From assembly GCF_006345805.1 (NCBI RefSeq), contig NC_042998.1, positions 96,224,001 to 96,288,000 on the forward strand: a DNA stretch of 64,000 nucleotides. Direction: 5' to 3'. This DNA is from Octopus sinensis. Taxonomy: Eukaryota. Below, one piece after another: positions 1 to 11,793 of this stretch. The notes beneath the pieces are model-generated. The model was not told the origin of the DNA and did no database searches. It was given only the letters and a program-made list of their open reading frames with translations. The stretch's first letter is position 1. The number at the start of each line of letters is the position of its first letter. The position numbers and the translations under genes are program-made.

Positions 1-26
1 TGACAATAACATATTGATTATTTTTT

Positions 27-185
27 TATCTTTTAATTGTTTCAGTGCATTGGAGTGCGACCATTAGGGGCCCCACTTCGGAGGGTTCCTGTCGAATGAA
101 ACGACCTTTGTACTAATTATTTTTTAAAACCCTGGTAATTATTCTTACGGTCTCTTATGCGGAACCGGTATCACGCGTAGTAGGA
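27..185 (-). mobile_element. Degenerate 3' part of SINE family A
   Basis: tcttttaattgtttcagt...cggtctcttatgcggaaccg resembles the reverse complement of the 3' end of the full copy at 5001-5453. Confidence 0.6.
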
Positions 186-220
186 CACGCGCTCGCGTGC
201 ATACACGTGAATATATATAT

Positions 221-271
<51 letters not shown>

Positions 272-286
272 GTATATGTATATATA

Positions 287-327
<41 letters not shown>

Positions 328-629
328 TAGATATGTTTCGACCAAAGATTGGTCCAGGCCATGTCTAACTTAATAGCACCACCTGATAGGATTATTCGAA
401 TCCTGTTTAAGTCAAGTTTTGTTCAAGTAGTGAGTTCTTGTTGGGTGAGTTGTATCCAATTATGGGTACAGTATTATATATCCATTACGGCCGATCTTAC
501 CAATCGGTTCCGCACTAGGGGTTCAAAGGAATATTAGGTTACATAATCGGGTAGTTACCGATTGTGTAACACTGCACTCTTCAGAGATGGCACTCTATTA
601 ACAAATGACGAATGCGTATTTATTCTGAC

Positions 630-1950
630 TTATGGATTCTTAGACAGCTTTATACACTCATATAAATATATATCCCTCATAATGACAGTCGACTAGCTCT
701 TAAACATTTAGACCGTCGTTCGGTACCTGAATTCCGCACTAATACACTCATCCGCTTAGCTGAGCTCGTCTAAACACTTAATTGTTTTTCCTTCTCTGGT
801 GAATTCTATAAGCAAATCAGCGGTGTTGCTATGGGCACCAGGATGGGCCCTAATCATGCCAACCTCTTCGTAGGTTATGTAGAGGAGCAAATCTTTGTTA
901 ACTTCTCTGGATCCACCCCAGAGCTTTATGGTCGTTACATTGACGACTGCATTGGTGCCACAAGCCTTAATAGACAACAACTCAACGATTTTATTTCTTT
1001 CGTTAACACCTTCACCCAGCCTTGGAATTCACCCACACCATATCTGATACTTCTGTTTGGTTTCTGGACATCTCCCTCAAAGCACATAATACCTATCTCT
1101 CCACCTGTGTCTACTATAAATCTACTGACTCCCACTCTTATCTCCGCTAATCTTCCTCTCACCCAAAACACATTAAATCTGACATACCTTTCTTTCAATT
1201 TCTTCGTCTTCGACGACTTTGCAGCATCGATTCGGATTTCGAATCCTATTGCAAAACGATGCAACAGTTTTTTTCTAAATCGAAGGTATCCTCCATCAGT
1301 TGTCAATCCGGCACTTCACCGAGCCTGAGCCATCAAGCACACCGCAGCTCATCCACCATCTTCGCGCACTTCCTCTGACTGTATTCCTCTCTCTCTCTCA
1401 CCTACCATCCATCCCTCTAAAATACAAGCTCACCCACAACTTTTGCATTATTCTTTCCGACCCAACAACCATCGCTATCTTTCCCACACCGCTTCTTCTG
1501 TCTTTTAAAAAATGACAAGGGTCTTAGAAATCTCCTTGTTAGAAGCTTCACAGCTCCCAGCTCCGCTCAATAAAGAACTTTTAAATATTATCGCCGATGT
1601 TGTAACACATGCCCCTACATCAACAATATTATTACCATCAAGGGGCCCAAGAAGCGATATCACATAACACACCACTTCTGTTACACTTCTGCGAATCTCA
1701 TATAGTGCATCATATGCAAACTCTGCGGTGCTCTTTATATTGGAGAAACAGGGAGATGCCTTGGGGATCGCTTTCACGAACACATCAGAAGCATGATGCT
1801 ACGTATGCCAGACCAACCTGTCGCCACTCACTTCAACACTGTGAATCATTGTATTATAGATTTAACAGTGTGTGGCATGACCTTGCATCACGGACCCTCC
1901 TTCTCTAGGAAACGAATGGAGCAACGTCTCATATTTGATCTTGTCACTAT
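630..1950 (+). pseudogene. Decayed Penelope-like retroelement (Neptune-type): reverse transcriptase plus GIY-YIG endonuclease, frameshifted
   Basis: Translates across frames to FSFSGEFYKQISGVAMGTRMGPNHANLFVG, RYIDDCIG, FLDI, YYKSTDSHSYL, SSHPKH..IPFFQFLRLRRLCS, then RCCNTCPY, NLI*CIICKLCGALYIGETGRCLGDRFHEH, DQPVATHFN. Confidence 0.9.
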
Positions 1951-2245
1951 GTTTCATCCTTCACCTCCTCTTAATTCCTTTTTACCCTTTTTAATCCTCC
2001 TTTTACCCTCTCTCTGCAACATTCCCGTATTCACTTATCTCTACTCTCTCCATCACCCCTTTCCTCCTTCTTTCTGCACGCCCTCTCCTATAACTTCTGT
2101 TTCACGTTAGCAGTCCGTGTTATTCTGTGTTCATTATCAGTTGCAGCCAGTTTTATGTGTATATTGATGCGAGTGTGTGCATCTGAACATGGGCGAGCAT
2201 ATGTGCGCTCACACGAGCGCGGGCGCGAGTACGCACGCGCAAAAC

Positions 2246-2313
2246 AAGCGTTGCAGACTGGTAAGCAATGAGAACTGGTAAGCGTTGGGAATTGGTAAGC
2301 GTTGGGGATTGGT
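2246..2313. repeat. 17-bp tandem repeat x4 (AAGCGTTGGGAATTGGT-like)
   Basis: Four consecutive 17-mers, probably in the 3' UTR of the minus-strand PLE. Confidence 0.8.
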
Positions 2314-2383
2314 AAATGGCGGTCCTGCTCATGGGGTTGGTAGCGGTGACCTTGGTGCAGGCGATGCGGAGTAGTAGCTGATG

Positions 2384-2784
2384 CTAAGGTGGCATATCCG
2401 AGATGTCGGCAGTCAGAGGCCTGAAATTTGTCAGAAGGGCATATCTCTGGTGACAACAATACGATAAATCGTATTTCTTATTGATGGATACTGCGGGTTG
2501 TTGGATATGCAGTTTTTCGTGGAGGCAGAGCTGGCAGTTAGGGTGCAGGGTGAATATAGTCGGCTCTATCGACAATAGTACAATTGATACTGGGTATTTC
2601 ATCTCGGAGATCACGGACTCACCAGATAAAATGAGACATGGAAGCAGGATTCTCTCTGTCCCTGGACCAGAATGAGTGCATATGCTTGGAGTATCTTGCC
2701 TTGAAGTCATTAGCTGTCATACCCGTATAGTGCCTAGTGATGCCATCGGATGGTGTAAGCGTGGCTCTGTATACTACATTCTTT
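2384..2784 (-). pseudogene. Second PLE remnant: GIY-YIG endonuclease C-terminal region of a different PLE type
   Basis: Minus strand reads KNVVYRATLTPSDGITRHYTGMTANDFKARYSKHMHSF, then after frameshifts SMSHFIW, TIVDRA..YSP, NCQLCLHEKLHI, SINKK..CCHQR. This matches the VVY..YIG..FKxRY..H..SF / CxLCxxEK..CRH pattern. Confidence 0.75.
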
Positions 2785-3163
2785 ATATGCATGTATATTC
2801 ATGCATGCATATATGTATGCATGCATGTGTGTATGCATGTATATATGTACGTACGGGTACACACACCACACTATTCCTTTCAGCTATTTCTGATTATCGG
2901 AGTTGATACTAATTGGTAATTTGGCTATCACGTGATTACAATAGAGTATTATCATTTTACTGTTAATAATAATAATAATAATATATGAATGTATGTATGT
3001 GGTGGGATGTATGTTTGAGTGTGTGGAATTTGAGTTATTGCTCCCGTCCGCAGGCATATAAGCAAACATAAACACTATATATAAATAACGTTATTGACAT
3101 AATCGTATATTTATACCGTTATATTTATATTGTACACAGACATATACACTAACATTTTCTTTT

Positions 3164-3253
3164 ATACGACTGAACGTATGTATGTATGTATGTATGTATG
3201 TATGTATGTATGTATGTATGTATGTATGTATGTGTGTGTGTGAGTGTTTGTGC

Positions 3254-3293
<40 letters not shown>

Positions 3294-3336
3294 TGTGTGT
3301 TTCTATATTTATATGTGAAGGTAATAGGCTCTGTAA
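3164..3336 (+). repeat. Locally duplicated microsatellite-containing unit, copy 1
   Basis: ATACGACTGAA-(TATG)n(TG)n-TTTCTATATTTATATGWGAAGGTAATAGGCT also occurs at 7511-7618. Confidence 0.75.
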
Positions 3337-3828
3337 GGATTACTGATATTTTCTATCAACTTGAGCAAGGTCTTTTAGTACAGAGAAGTTATACTTACGC
3401 ACACACACACACACACACGCACGCACGCACACACACACGTACACACACACACACATACACACACACACACAACACACACACACACACACAAGGACACACA
3501 CAAATGTATATCGTATACACATATGAACGTAATGCAGAGTGTAAGAGTGTGGTTGTTTTGCTAAAACTGAGTATACATGTGCACGCCCGTGTGTATGTCG
3601 ATATAGATGTATAGATATCCTATCATTCATTCATATGAAATAATATATCTCACAACCCTAACTCAATGAAAGATCCCATTACTTCATACTGTAATGGCAC
3701 TTAACAGAGACAGTTAAATTTTTAGCTTCAATATTTTATGTATTATGGAGATGAACTCATCTGACACTCAATTTATGACGTTGCTCATTATGGCATGTGT
3801 GTGTGTGTGTGTGTATGTGTGCGCGCAC

Positions 3829-3925
3829 CTCAGCGTGATACCTTGAGCAAGTGTCTTCTATTATGGTCTCGGTCCGACCAAAGCCTTGTGATTTGGTAGA
3901 CGGAAACTGAAATAAGTCCGTTGTA
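3829..3925 (+). mobile_element. SINE family A fragment
   Basis: ccttgagcaagtgtcttcta...ccaaagccttgtg...ggtagacggaaactgaaa. Confidence 0.8.
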
Positions 3926-3945
3926 TATATATATATATATATTAT

Positions 3946-3991
<46 letters not shown>

Positions 3992-3994
3992 TAC

Positions 3995-4026
<32 letters not shown>

Positions 4027-4058
4027 CTATATATATATATATATATATACATACACAC

Positions 4059-4172
4059 AAACTCGGAGTTTTATCATGGCTACCGAATAATTGTCACATA
4101 TTACATTTACAGATAAATTCCTCTATTTACATAATATCGAGGTCACTTTCATTCTTTTGTTGTCTTACCATT
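4059..4172 (+). mobile_element. 5'-truncated copy of hammerhead-bearing element H2 in a microsatellite
   Basis: aaactcggagttttatcatggctaccgaataattgtcacatatt...gtcttacca matches the arms of the 18731-18980 element. Confidence 0.85.
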
Positions 4173-4195
4173 TTTTTTATCTATCTATCTATCTG

Positions 4196-4250
<55 letters not shown>

Positions 4251-4267
4251 GTCTATCTATCTATCTA

Positions 4268-4325
<58 letters not shown>

Positions 4326-4640
4326 GTTTGAAAGTCATCGGAAAATGTGCGCCAGTACAAAAACATGTATCCTACAATTCGATGACGTCACTCATAGGCC
4401 AGCATAATGACCTCTCACGCGCATTCGCTGCGGTAACCTCCTCAGGCGAGGCAGTCGTAGCAGCGAAGTTCTTACCACGTGCGAGTGTACACGAATGGGT
4501 TAGATATAACTTTACGCGGCTTAATTTTAATCATCACTGCTTGGTGTACCTCTAATTATTTAGATCCAGCCTGACCAAGATTTGCACACATCACTACACT
4601 AAATTTATTTTTTGTTGAAGGTAGGCTATGTATGATAGAT

Positions 4641-4697
4641 TCGGTATCTGAAGCTGATGATGCATAATGACGCAGAAACACATGTTCTATTATCCGA
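4641..4697 (+). ncRNA. Candidate minimal type-I hammerhead ribozyme motif
   Basis: CTGATGA(4654-4660)-TGC..GCA stem II-GAAA-CACATGTT (GUU triplet); stem I imperfect. Confidence 0.45.
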
Positions 4698-5000
4698 TGA
4701 TGTCATTCATAACCCAGTTCAATGTGTTTTCACTACATTGTCTTTAAGGAGAGTTACTCCAGCGAAGACCTTTCCACAAAAAAATGACAAAAGTGCTTAT
4801 ATAACTGTATACGGCTTTATTTTATTCATCGCTGCTTAGTGTGCCTCTATTTAGTTTATATTTTTATATTTCAAGTAATCCCTCACCATATCGCGGTTTA
4901 CCTAATGCGTTTTATTATTTAAGCTTACATCGATTCTTCCGTGGTGTTGTTTTGCATTTACAATAAAACAAATATATACAAATTATAAAAAAAAAAATAT

Positions 5001-5159
5001 GCAGGAGTGGCTGTGTGGTAAGTAGCTTGTTTACTAACCACATGGTTCCGGGTTCAGTCCCACTGCGTGGCACCTTGGGCAAGTTTCTTCTACTATAGCT
5101 TCGGGCCGACCAAAGCCTTGTGAGTGGATTTGGTAGACGGAAACTGAAAGCCCGTCGTA

Positions 5160-5209
<50 letters not shown>

Positions 5210-5453
5210 TATATATATATATGCGTGTGTGTGTTTGTGTGTCTGTGTCTGTCCCCCTAGCATTGCTTGACAACCGATGCTGGTGTGTTTATGTCCCCGT
5301 TACTTAGCGGTTCGGCAAAAGAGACCGATAGAATAAGTACTGGGTTTACAAAAGAATAAGTCCCGGGGTCGTGTTGCTCGATTAAAGGCGGTGTTTCAGC
5401 ATGGCCGCAGTCAAATGACTGAAACAAGTAAAAGATTAAAAGAGCAAAGAGAG
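5001..5453 (+). mobile_element. Full-length tRNA-derived SINE family A with internal (TA)n(TG)n
   Basis: Head GTGGCTGTGTGGTAAG..GGTTCAGTCC (A/B-box-like), body, and tail ..GAAACAAGTAAAAGA repeats; more than 15 related copies in the window. Confidence 0.9.
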
Positions 5454-6295
5454 TACAGTTTTTACTTCGAAGATTTTCACCTAACGCGGTGGATTTTGGA
5501 ACGTAACACCCGCGATAGTCGAGGGATTACTGTAATTACTGCTTACTTTTCCTACTCCGTCGGCACTTCTTCAGTTATTACTTTCTTTCTTATTTCTATA
5601 TATTTCAGTCATCACATAGAGACTTGTATGAAACTGAGTAATAATAGTTTTAGGCACGTATATTTCGCAGTGCTCCCCACTACCTGACAACATACATCAA
5701 CATATGAAACAACTCACTGGAAAACCTTCTTATGAAGCAATTATATAAAATAAATATTTTACATCTTTTAATTAATTATTTCTATTTATAACTATATCCG
5801 GGTTCAATGCAACTGTCTGCTTTCTTTGACAGCACATCCTTGTTTTTTTTTCTTTTTGTATTTTTTTTTGTATCTCTCCTTATAGGAACTTCATCGTTTC
5901 ATACAAACTTCATTGTGACTGAATCTAATTCTATAGACTTAGTCACAATGATGACGTTTGCATGGAACTGGAAAATATATTCTTCTTACAGACAATTATA
6001 TTCAGCAATTTATATACATAGTTAAGAAACATCTCTGTACATTGTGGATTATTTTCTTTGCTAAAATCTGTTTGTTCTAAAGTAAACAGTCCACTTAATG
6101 GAAAGCTAAAACACAGGTAAAAACATATTTTCTGGTTCATCATTTTAAGTATATTCGAATCGTTCAGGGCGGTTTCGATTTTTTAAGAAAGCAAGTTTTT
6201 ACTGAAATAGTTTTTATGCTTATAGAGTCGAAATGCCATCCTTTAAGTTGCGTTAATGTTCTATTATTGCTTTGGTTGAGTCAACAAAGGAGATT

Positions 6296-7040
6296 CTCTA
6301 CGTAGTAGCTCGATTTACGAGATACAGCAACCAAGTCTCATTCAAATTATACCCACTAGCCTAAAGTCCAACCCCTCCTCAAAGTGGTAGTGTGGTGTAA
6401 ACGGGCAGTGTCAGAGCTATGCTGTCGGGAACTTCGGTTCCTAGTTGGGCCATGCAAGGCGGATTGGTCTGGCACCAAGCGGTATTAGGGCCGCAGGCTG
6501 GCCAACGGGTCTCTGGTGAAAATTCCAAGAGGCGTCTGATCAGTAACCGGCGGCTTCGAGGTCGCTCTGTCCCTGCATCTGTGGAGACTCCGCGGCAAAC
6601 AGGGCATCCCGTCACTAGGGATATGCATGCGGGATGTCGGGGACCGCTTGTGAATTCAATATTCCCACGAAACTTCTTCTATGAATCCTACTACTACCAT
6701 GGCAATAAATACGAGTACGAACTATCTACCCACTTCAAACTTGCCAGGTCCGCAGGTGGTCGGTCTGCGCAGATGGAACCGCGAATGGCTCGCTATCTCA
6801 GTGACCTCGCACAGGACCGTCGAACGTGGGTCGCCATGGTTCGTGATGCCGCCAGGACCAGAAAAGAAGCCGACTCAACCCGGCCTGGGTGAACGCCGTC
6901 AAAAGTACAAGTAAGTAAATTATACCCCTACTGTTTTATACTTTGGACAATATAGGCCTGAGCATATAAAAAGACAAATTGATATCGGATGGAACGTCTT
7001 CGATCATAGGTTTGTTTGGATTGACTTTGGGTCAAAAAAA
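6296..7040 (+). mobile_element. Old dispersed repeat family D, interrupted by an RTE insertion
   Basis: Segments similar to 23780-23900, 62835-63020 and reverse copies at 48592-48790 and 54268-54480. Confidence 0.5.
6355..6916 (+). mobile_element. Short RTE-clade LINE derivative with 11-bp TSD
   Basis: TSD AAATTATACCC at 6344-6354 and 6917-6927; 3' part encodes GPQVVGLRRWNREWLA / DLAQDRRTWVAMVRDA (RTE C-terminus); (CAAGTA/AGTA) tail. Confidence 0.8.
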
Positions 7041-7510
7041 CCTATTACTTTATTCTTCTTGTTTCGTTGTCTGAAATATTTTATCGTTTTTTTTAAAATG
7101 CGTTGCCTTTGTCTAAAATCTTGTTGTCTTTAGACTTTGTCTAAAGTCTAATATCCATTCTTGTTGGGTACAAAGAAGGAATACGAAGACTACTAACATG
7201 AAAATATAGAACAACGATATAGGTTCTTAGTATCATTTTAATAATCAATTTAACTTAATCATTAGTTAATCTGCAGATAATCTCGAAAACCAATGACTAA
7301 AATATTCTAATCATTCTAATAAAGCTATAAATTATCAGTCATGTTTTATATGTTTTAATGATTGATCTATATTGCTAATTCATATTCAATAACACGAATT
7401 TGGCTGTATTGGTCTCAAGATTTATGACCTGCTCAAGAGAGATATATTGGATACTAAGTATGATTGTGCTGGCAAAAATCATATTTCTAATGAAATAAGC
7501 TAAAACTGGT

Positions 7511-7618
7511 ATACGACTGAATGTATGTATGTGTGTGTGAGTGTTTGTGCATGTGTGTGTGTGAGTGTATGTGTACGTGTGTTTCTATATTTATATGAGA
7601 AGGTAATAGGCTATGTAA
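7511..7618 (+). repeat. Locally duplicated microsatellite-containing unit, copy 2
   Basis: Same flanks as 3164-3336 with a shorter internal microsatellite. Confidence 0.75.
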
Positions 7619-7620
7619 AC

Positions 7621-8064
7621 AAATGCTTCTGCGTGTTACCGTGAAATTTATAGAGAACATATAAATGCTTCTCCTAAGCAAACAACTCTAGACTTGTGTT
7701 TTAAAAAAGAAATCTACAAATCTGTCTACGAGTGCTTGTCAATCGGCGATCGTGTCTATAAGTGATGATGTACGTGAGTCCAGTGCGAGTGAAAGTGATT
7801 CAGAAAACGATTATAATAATAATGATAATAATATTTTTTACTATAAATGATCTTGACATTTTTTTTTTTTGCTTTAAATAAGATATTCTTTACATTCTAC
7901 TGTTGTTTTATTGCCATTTATTTATGAGTATTGTAAATTTTATAAGTAATATATTGTTTCTGGGAACAAACTACGATTTATAACATTGTTACTATGGGAA
8001 ATTATTGCTCTGCTTTACGAGTGGTGTCCGGGAACAAATTTGCTCGTATATTGAGTCATTACTG

Positions 8065-8067
<3 letters not shown>
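7621..8067 (+). mobile_element. Tigger/pogo-like DNA transposon 3' remnant
   Basis: Encodes ACYREIYRE..KQTTLDLCFK (Tigger-type C-terminus) and ends ..gctcgtatattgagtcattactg-TA. Confidence 0.6.
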
Positions 8068-8096
<29 letters not shown>

Positions 8097-8102
8097 TGTA
8101 TG

Positions 8103-8260
8103 TAGTTGAAATTTGCAAAAGAAACAAAAGACGAAGACAGGTGTATTAGTTTAACGCTCGGGAAGGTGAGAAAGTCTTTTACGTTTCGAGCCTACACTCT
8201 TCAACAGAAAAGAATACGAGAAAATAAACAGAGACAGAATAAAAAAAAGCTTTAGTGGTC
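8103..8260 (-). mobile_element. Hammerhead-like element H1, copy 1 (motif 8175-8213)
   Basis: Reverse complement TCTTTT-CTGTTGA-A-GAGT GTAG GCTC-GAAAC-GTA-AAAGA; flanked by (TATG)n. Confidence 0.8.
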
Positions 8261-9607
8261 ACGTATGTATGTATTATGTATGCATGTATGTATGCATATA
8301 CATACGTATGTATGTATGTATGTATGTATGTAGTATGTATGTATGTATGTATGTATGTATGTATGGATGTATGTATGTATGTATGTTTGTATGTATGTGT
8401 GTGTGCATGTGTGTGTGTACACATGCTTACAAACACGCACGTACACATAGAGCGAAGTTCATTATGGTAGGTTGGAAAAGTTATATTTATTTAAACTCCA
8501 TATCCTTTCATTTTACGTAATATGGAATTGCAACGAAATATTTTTTCTAATTTTTTTCATTGAATGTTTCTTGTTTTATTCTGAACCATCTCGATAAAAT
8601 TATTGTTATTCCTAAAGTTAACATCTACATATAATTATTTCAGTCATAGGATATATTCCAGTAACAGAAAATTATTTTAAAAAGACAAACTCAGTCAAAA
8701 TAATTGCATGTCTACTTAAATGTGGTAAAATTTCTCGGAATTCCTCCAAACTAAATCCTGACATAATTATCGGAGCAAAAATAGCGTATAGAACTTTGAT
8801 CATGTAAAGAATAGTTACGTTTTGAAACAGATTCTAAAGTAGGGCTTATGTTTCACAATGGACAAAGTTCAAAGTTCGATAAGTATTTTTACAACTGTTA
8901 TTCATTGCTTGTATTGAAAATTCAAAAATCTTACTAAATGTTTGAATTTTATTACACCAGATACCAATATTTGCTTAAAGAGATAATTTTTTAAGTTCCT
9001 ATTTCTTTTAAATTATGGTTATGATGAAATATTATTCATGGACGCTTACCATACGCGCGCGCTTACCCACAGGTTTGCAGAGGTCATCAAGCAAGTCTAT
9101 GGAGAAGAGAAACTCAACATACTAGATGAAAAGACAGCAATATCAATTATGACATTTTATTTTGTCTCTGGTAAAAAGAAAAAGAAAATTTACGTCCAAC
9201 GGTTCCGCTAATTTAGCTGTTACAGATCTCATGTGAATGTAGAGTTATAAGCTATGTGGAATGTATGATTTACGAAAGAATTATTAGCTCCTAGTTTTGA
9301 ACTCAAATTCCTTCATGTCCTAGAAATTGTATTCGGAAAAAAAAATTTATGTAATGTTCTTACATCTCAGTGTGTTACGGGATATTATTTTATAAAAATT
9401 TTTTTTTTTTTTTACTGATTATCCGCTCTGTTATTGTCTTGTTCTACTTTACCTTAAATCCTCACATAGAAGTACCGTTGTAACATACAGCGTGTCTTTG
9501 AAGTTGCATGAATGGCGGAACCCTGAAATACAGTCGATTTCTTCCAGAAAAAAAAGTAGTGAGAGATAGGGATTGAAAGAGAAGCAGAGAGAATATTCAA
9601 ATGCAAC

Positions 9608-9720
9608 GTTATTTATCGTCCCTGAAGGGATGAATGTAAAAGTTAATCTCGGCAGAATTTGAATTCAGAGCGGAGACAATTGGAAACAGTATCAAATGCC
9701 ATTCTGTTCGATCTTCTAAC
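9608..9720 (-). mobile_element. Degenerate SINE family B fragment
   Basis: ttatcgtccctgaagggatgaa..ctcggcagaatttgaattcagagcg. Confidence 0.65.
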
Positions 9721-9814
9721 TCTTTCACTTCATCGTCACACACAAGCACACAAACACACGCACGCACGCACGTACGTACACACACACACACACACACGCA
9801 CACACACACACACA

Positions 9815-9845
<31 letters not shown>

Positions 9846-10015
9846 ACACACACACACACACACACACACAAACGCTCACACACACTTCTCTGTGTCTTAT
9901 TTCCGCCTTATCTGTATTTCAGTAGATTGATAGTTCAGGTTTCATAAATTTTCTTTATACAACGAAAGTTTACACTTATATAGTGGCTCTTCTGTCTATA
10001 TCATACTGTTGTCCA

Positions 10016-10707
10016 CAGTTTCGGTTCGTGTATAGGAACTACGGAACTGCAGCACCCCGCTATTTCCACTCGATATTATTGATAACATTCAATATAATGA
10101 ATCTTTTTTCTTTAATTCTTTCTTTATACTTGTACATTATATAATCCTTAAGCTTAATGTCAGTAGCCATCCCCTAGTTTATGAAAAAAATACAAAAATC
10201 CTTGTATAGAACTGTGCGCTTCGCAGTTCCAGCGACGCGGTGTTTGACTGTTGTACGCATGCTCATATGTCCGAGATAGGAAGCTTCACACTAGGGAGAG
10301 AAAGCGTTACGTGAACAACAGTGCCGGGTGAAAAGTAGTGTTTCTTTTTGACTCCGCGTGTGTTGTGCTTAAAAACGTGCTTATATTCTTGAATGTGATA
10401 AAGTGCAAGATTAGATTATTATCCTGCTTCCAGCTTCAGTGTTACTGCCAGGATTTGAAAAATAGGGCACATTCCCCCACATTATTTTCTGATTTAAGAG
10501 GGATTTTTGAAAAACAAGGCGGAATTCGGGGCAGTGTTCAGTGAACAAGCTAAGCATTTTACCCGGCAGTGGCTAAAAAGCGAACCGATCAAGTTTATGA
10601 ATAAGTTTTCTTTTTATATGCATGTTTCCTTTCACAAAATATCAAAACACCGGCTAAAACTTTTCAGAAGCAGCACCCCCACTAATTTTATCTACGAGCC
10701 GCCACTG
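10016..10707. mobile_element. Non-autonomous hAT-type DNA transposon (MITE)
   Basis: Imperfect TIRs CAGTTTCGGTTCGT / ACGAGCCGCCACTG; 8-bp TSD GTTGTCCA / GTTGTACA; subterminal GCAGCACCCC twice. Confidence 0.75.
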
Positions 10708-11007
10708 GTTGTACAAGTAAATATTACATCAATAGATATCTTGCAATGTCAATATTTTCGTTAACTAAATCAGTTTCTAAAACAGAATGCTTCGAGTAGC
10801 ATTTTCTACATGCATATATAAAAAAAACATTGTTAAAGATAACGACAATGGATGTAATTATTAAATTTGTGTCAGTAAATATTTGCCAACCGTCAAATGG
10901 AACATTGATTTAAGCAACAACGTAACTGATTCAGTAATTTCAACATCTCCGTAGAACATGTGTTTCTTACATAACGCATATTTGTCGACATTATTATGTC
11001 ATGTTAA

Positions 11008-11793
11008 GGCAGTGAGCTGGCTGAATCGTTCGCACGTCGAGTAACATGCTTAGCGACATTTAGTCGGGGTTTTTTTTTACGTTCTGAGTTCAAATTCTGC
11101 CAAGGTTGAATTCCCTTTTCACCCTATCGGGGTCGATAAAATTCGTACCAGTTGAGCACTTGGGATGACGTAATCGACTTGCACCCTCCACTACAATTGC
11201 TAGCCATATGTCAAACTTTGAAAGCATTATTATGCCATGTTTAAAGGTGACAAGCTGCCAGAATCGTTAACACGCCGGGCGAAATGCTTAGCGGCATTTC
11301 GCCCGTCTTTACGTTCAGAGTTCAAATTCCGCCGAGGTCTACTTTGCCTTTCATCCTTTCGGGGTCGACAAAATAAGTATCAATCGAGCACTGGAGGTGA
11401 TATAATCAACTAGCCCCCTCTCTTCAAATTTCAGGCCTTGTACATATTAGTAGAAAAGATTAATATGCCATGCTTAAGGACAGTAGATTGGTAGAATCAT
11501 TAGATCATCAAACAAAATGTTTTGCTGAATTTAGTTACAGCCCTATAAGTTCCAGTTCAATCTCGCCAGAGATCAATTTTTTAAGGCCACGAGTTGGCAG
11601 AATCGTTAGCACGCCGAACAAAATGCTTGGCAGCATTTATTTTACTTTTACGTTCTGAGTTCAAGTGCCACCGAAGTCTACTTTACCTTTCATCCGTTCA
11701 GAGTTGATAAAGTAAGTACCAGTTGAGTACTGGGGTCGAGATAATCGACTAGCTTCTCACAAAATATGCGACCTTATGCCTATAGTACAAAAA
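11008..11793 (+). mobile_element. Tandem array of four SINE family B (Meta/MESC-like) copies
   Basis: Repeated GGCRGYGAGCTGGCAGAATCG head, GAGTTCAAATTC B-box and CTTTGCCTTTCATCCTTTCGGGGTCGAYAAA domain. Confidence 0.9.

Noticed and set aside
380-505. Minus-strand YCTHNW resembling the LINE RT EYCSxIW motif
   Set aside because: A single short motif with stops and frameshifts; not supportable.
4412-4455. Minus-strand CTGAGGA..GAAT-GCGCGTG-AGAGG hammerhead-like string
   Set aside because: GAAT in place of GAAA, GUG triplet and disrupted stems; too many deviations to call.
9073-9170. Possible 98-bp exon (cacag..gtaaaa; FAEVIKQVYGEEKLNILDEK)
   Set aside because: Weak polypyrimidine tract, no partner exons and no recognisable family.
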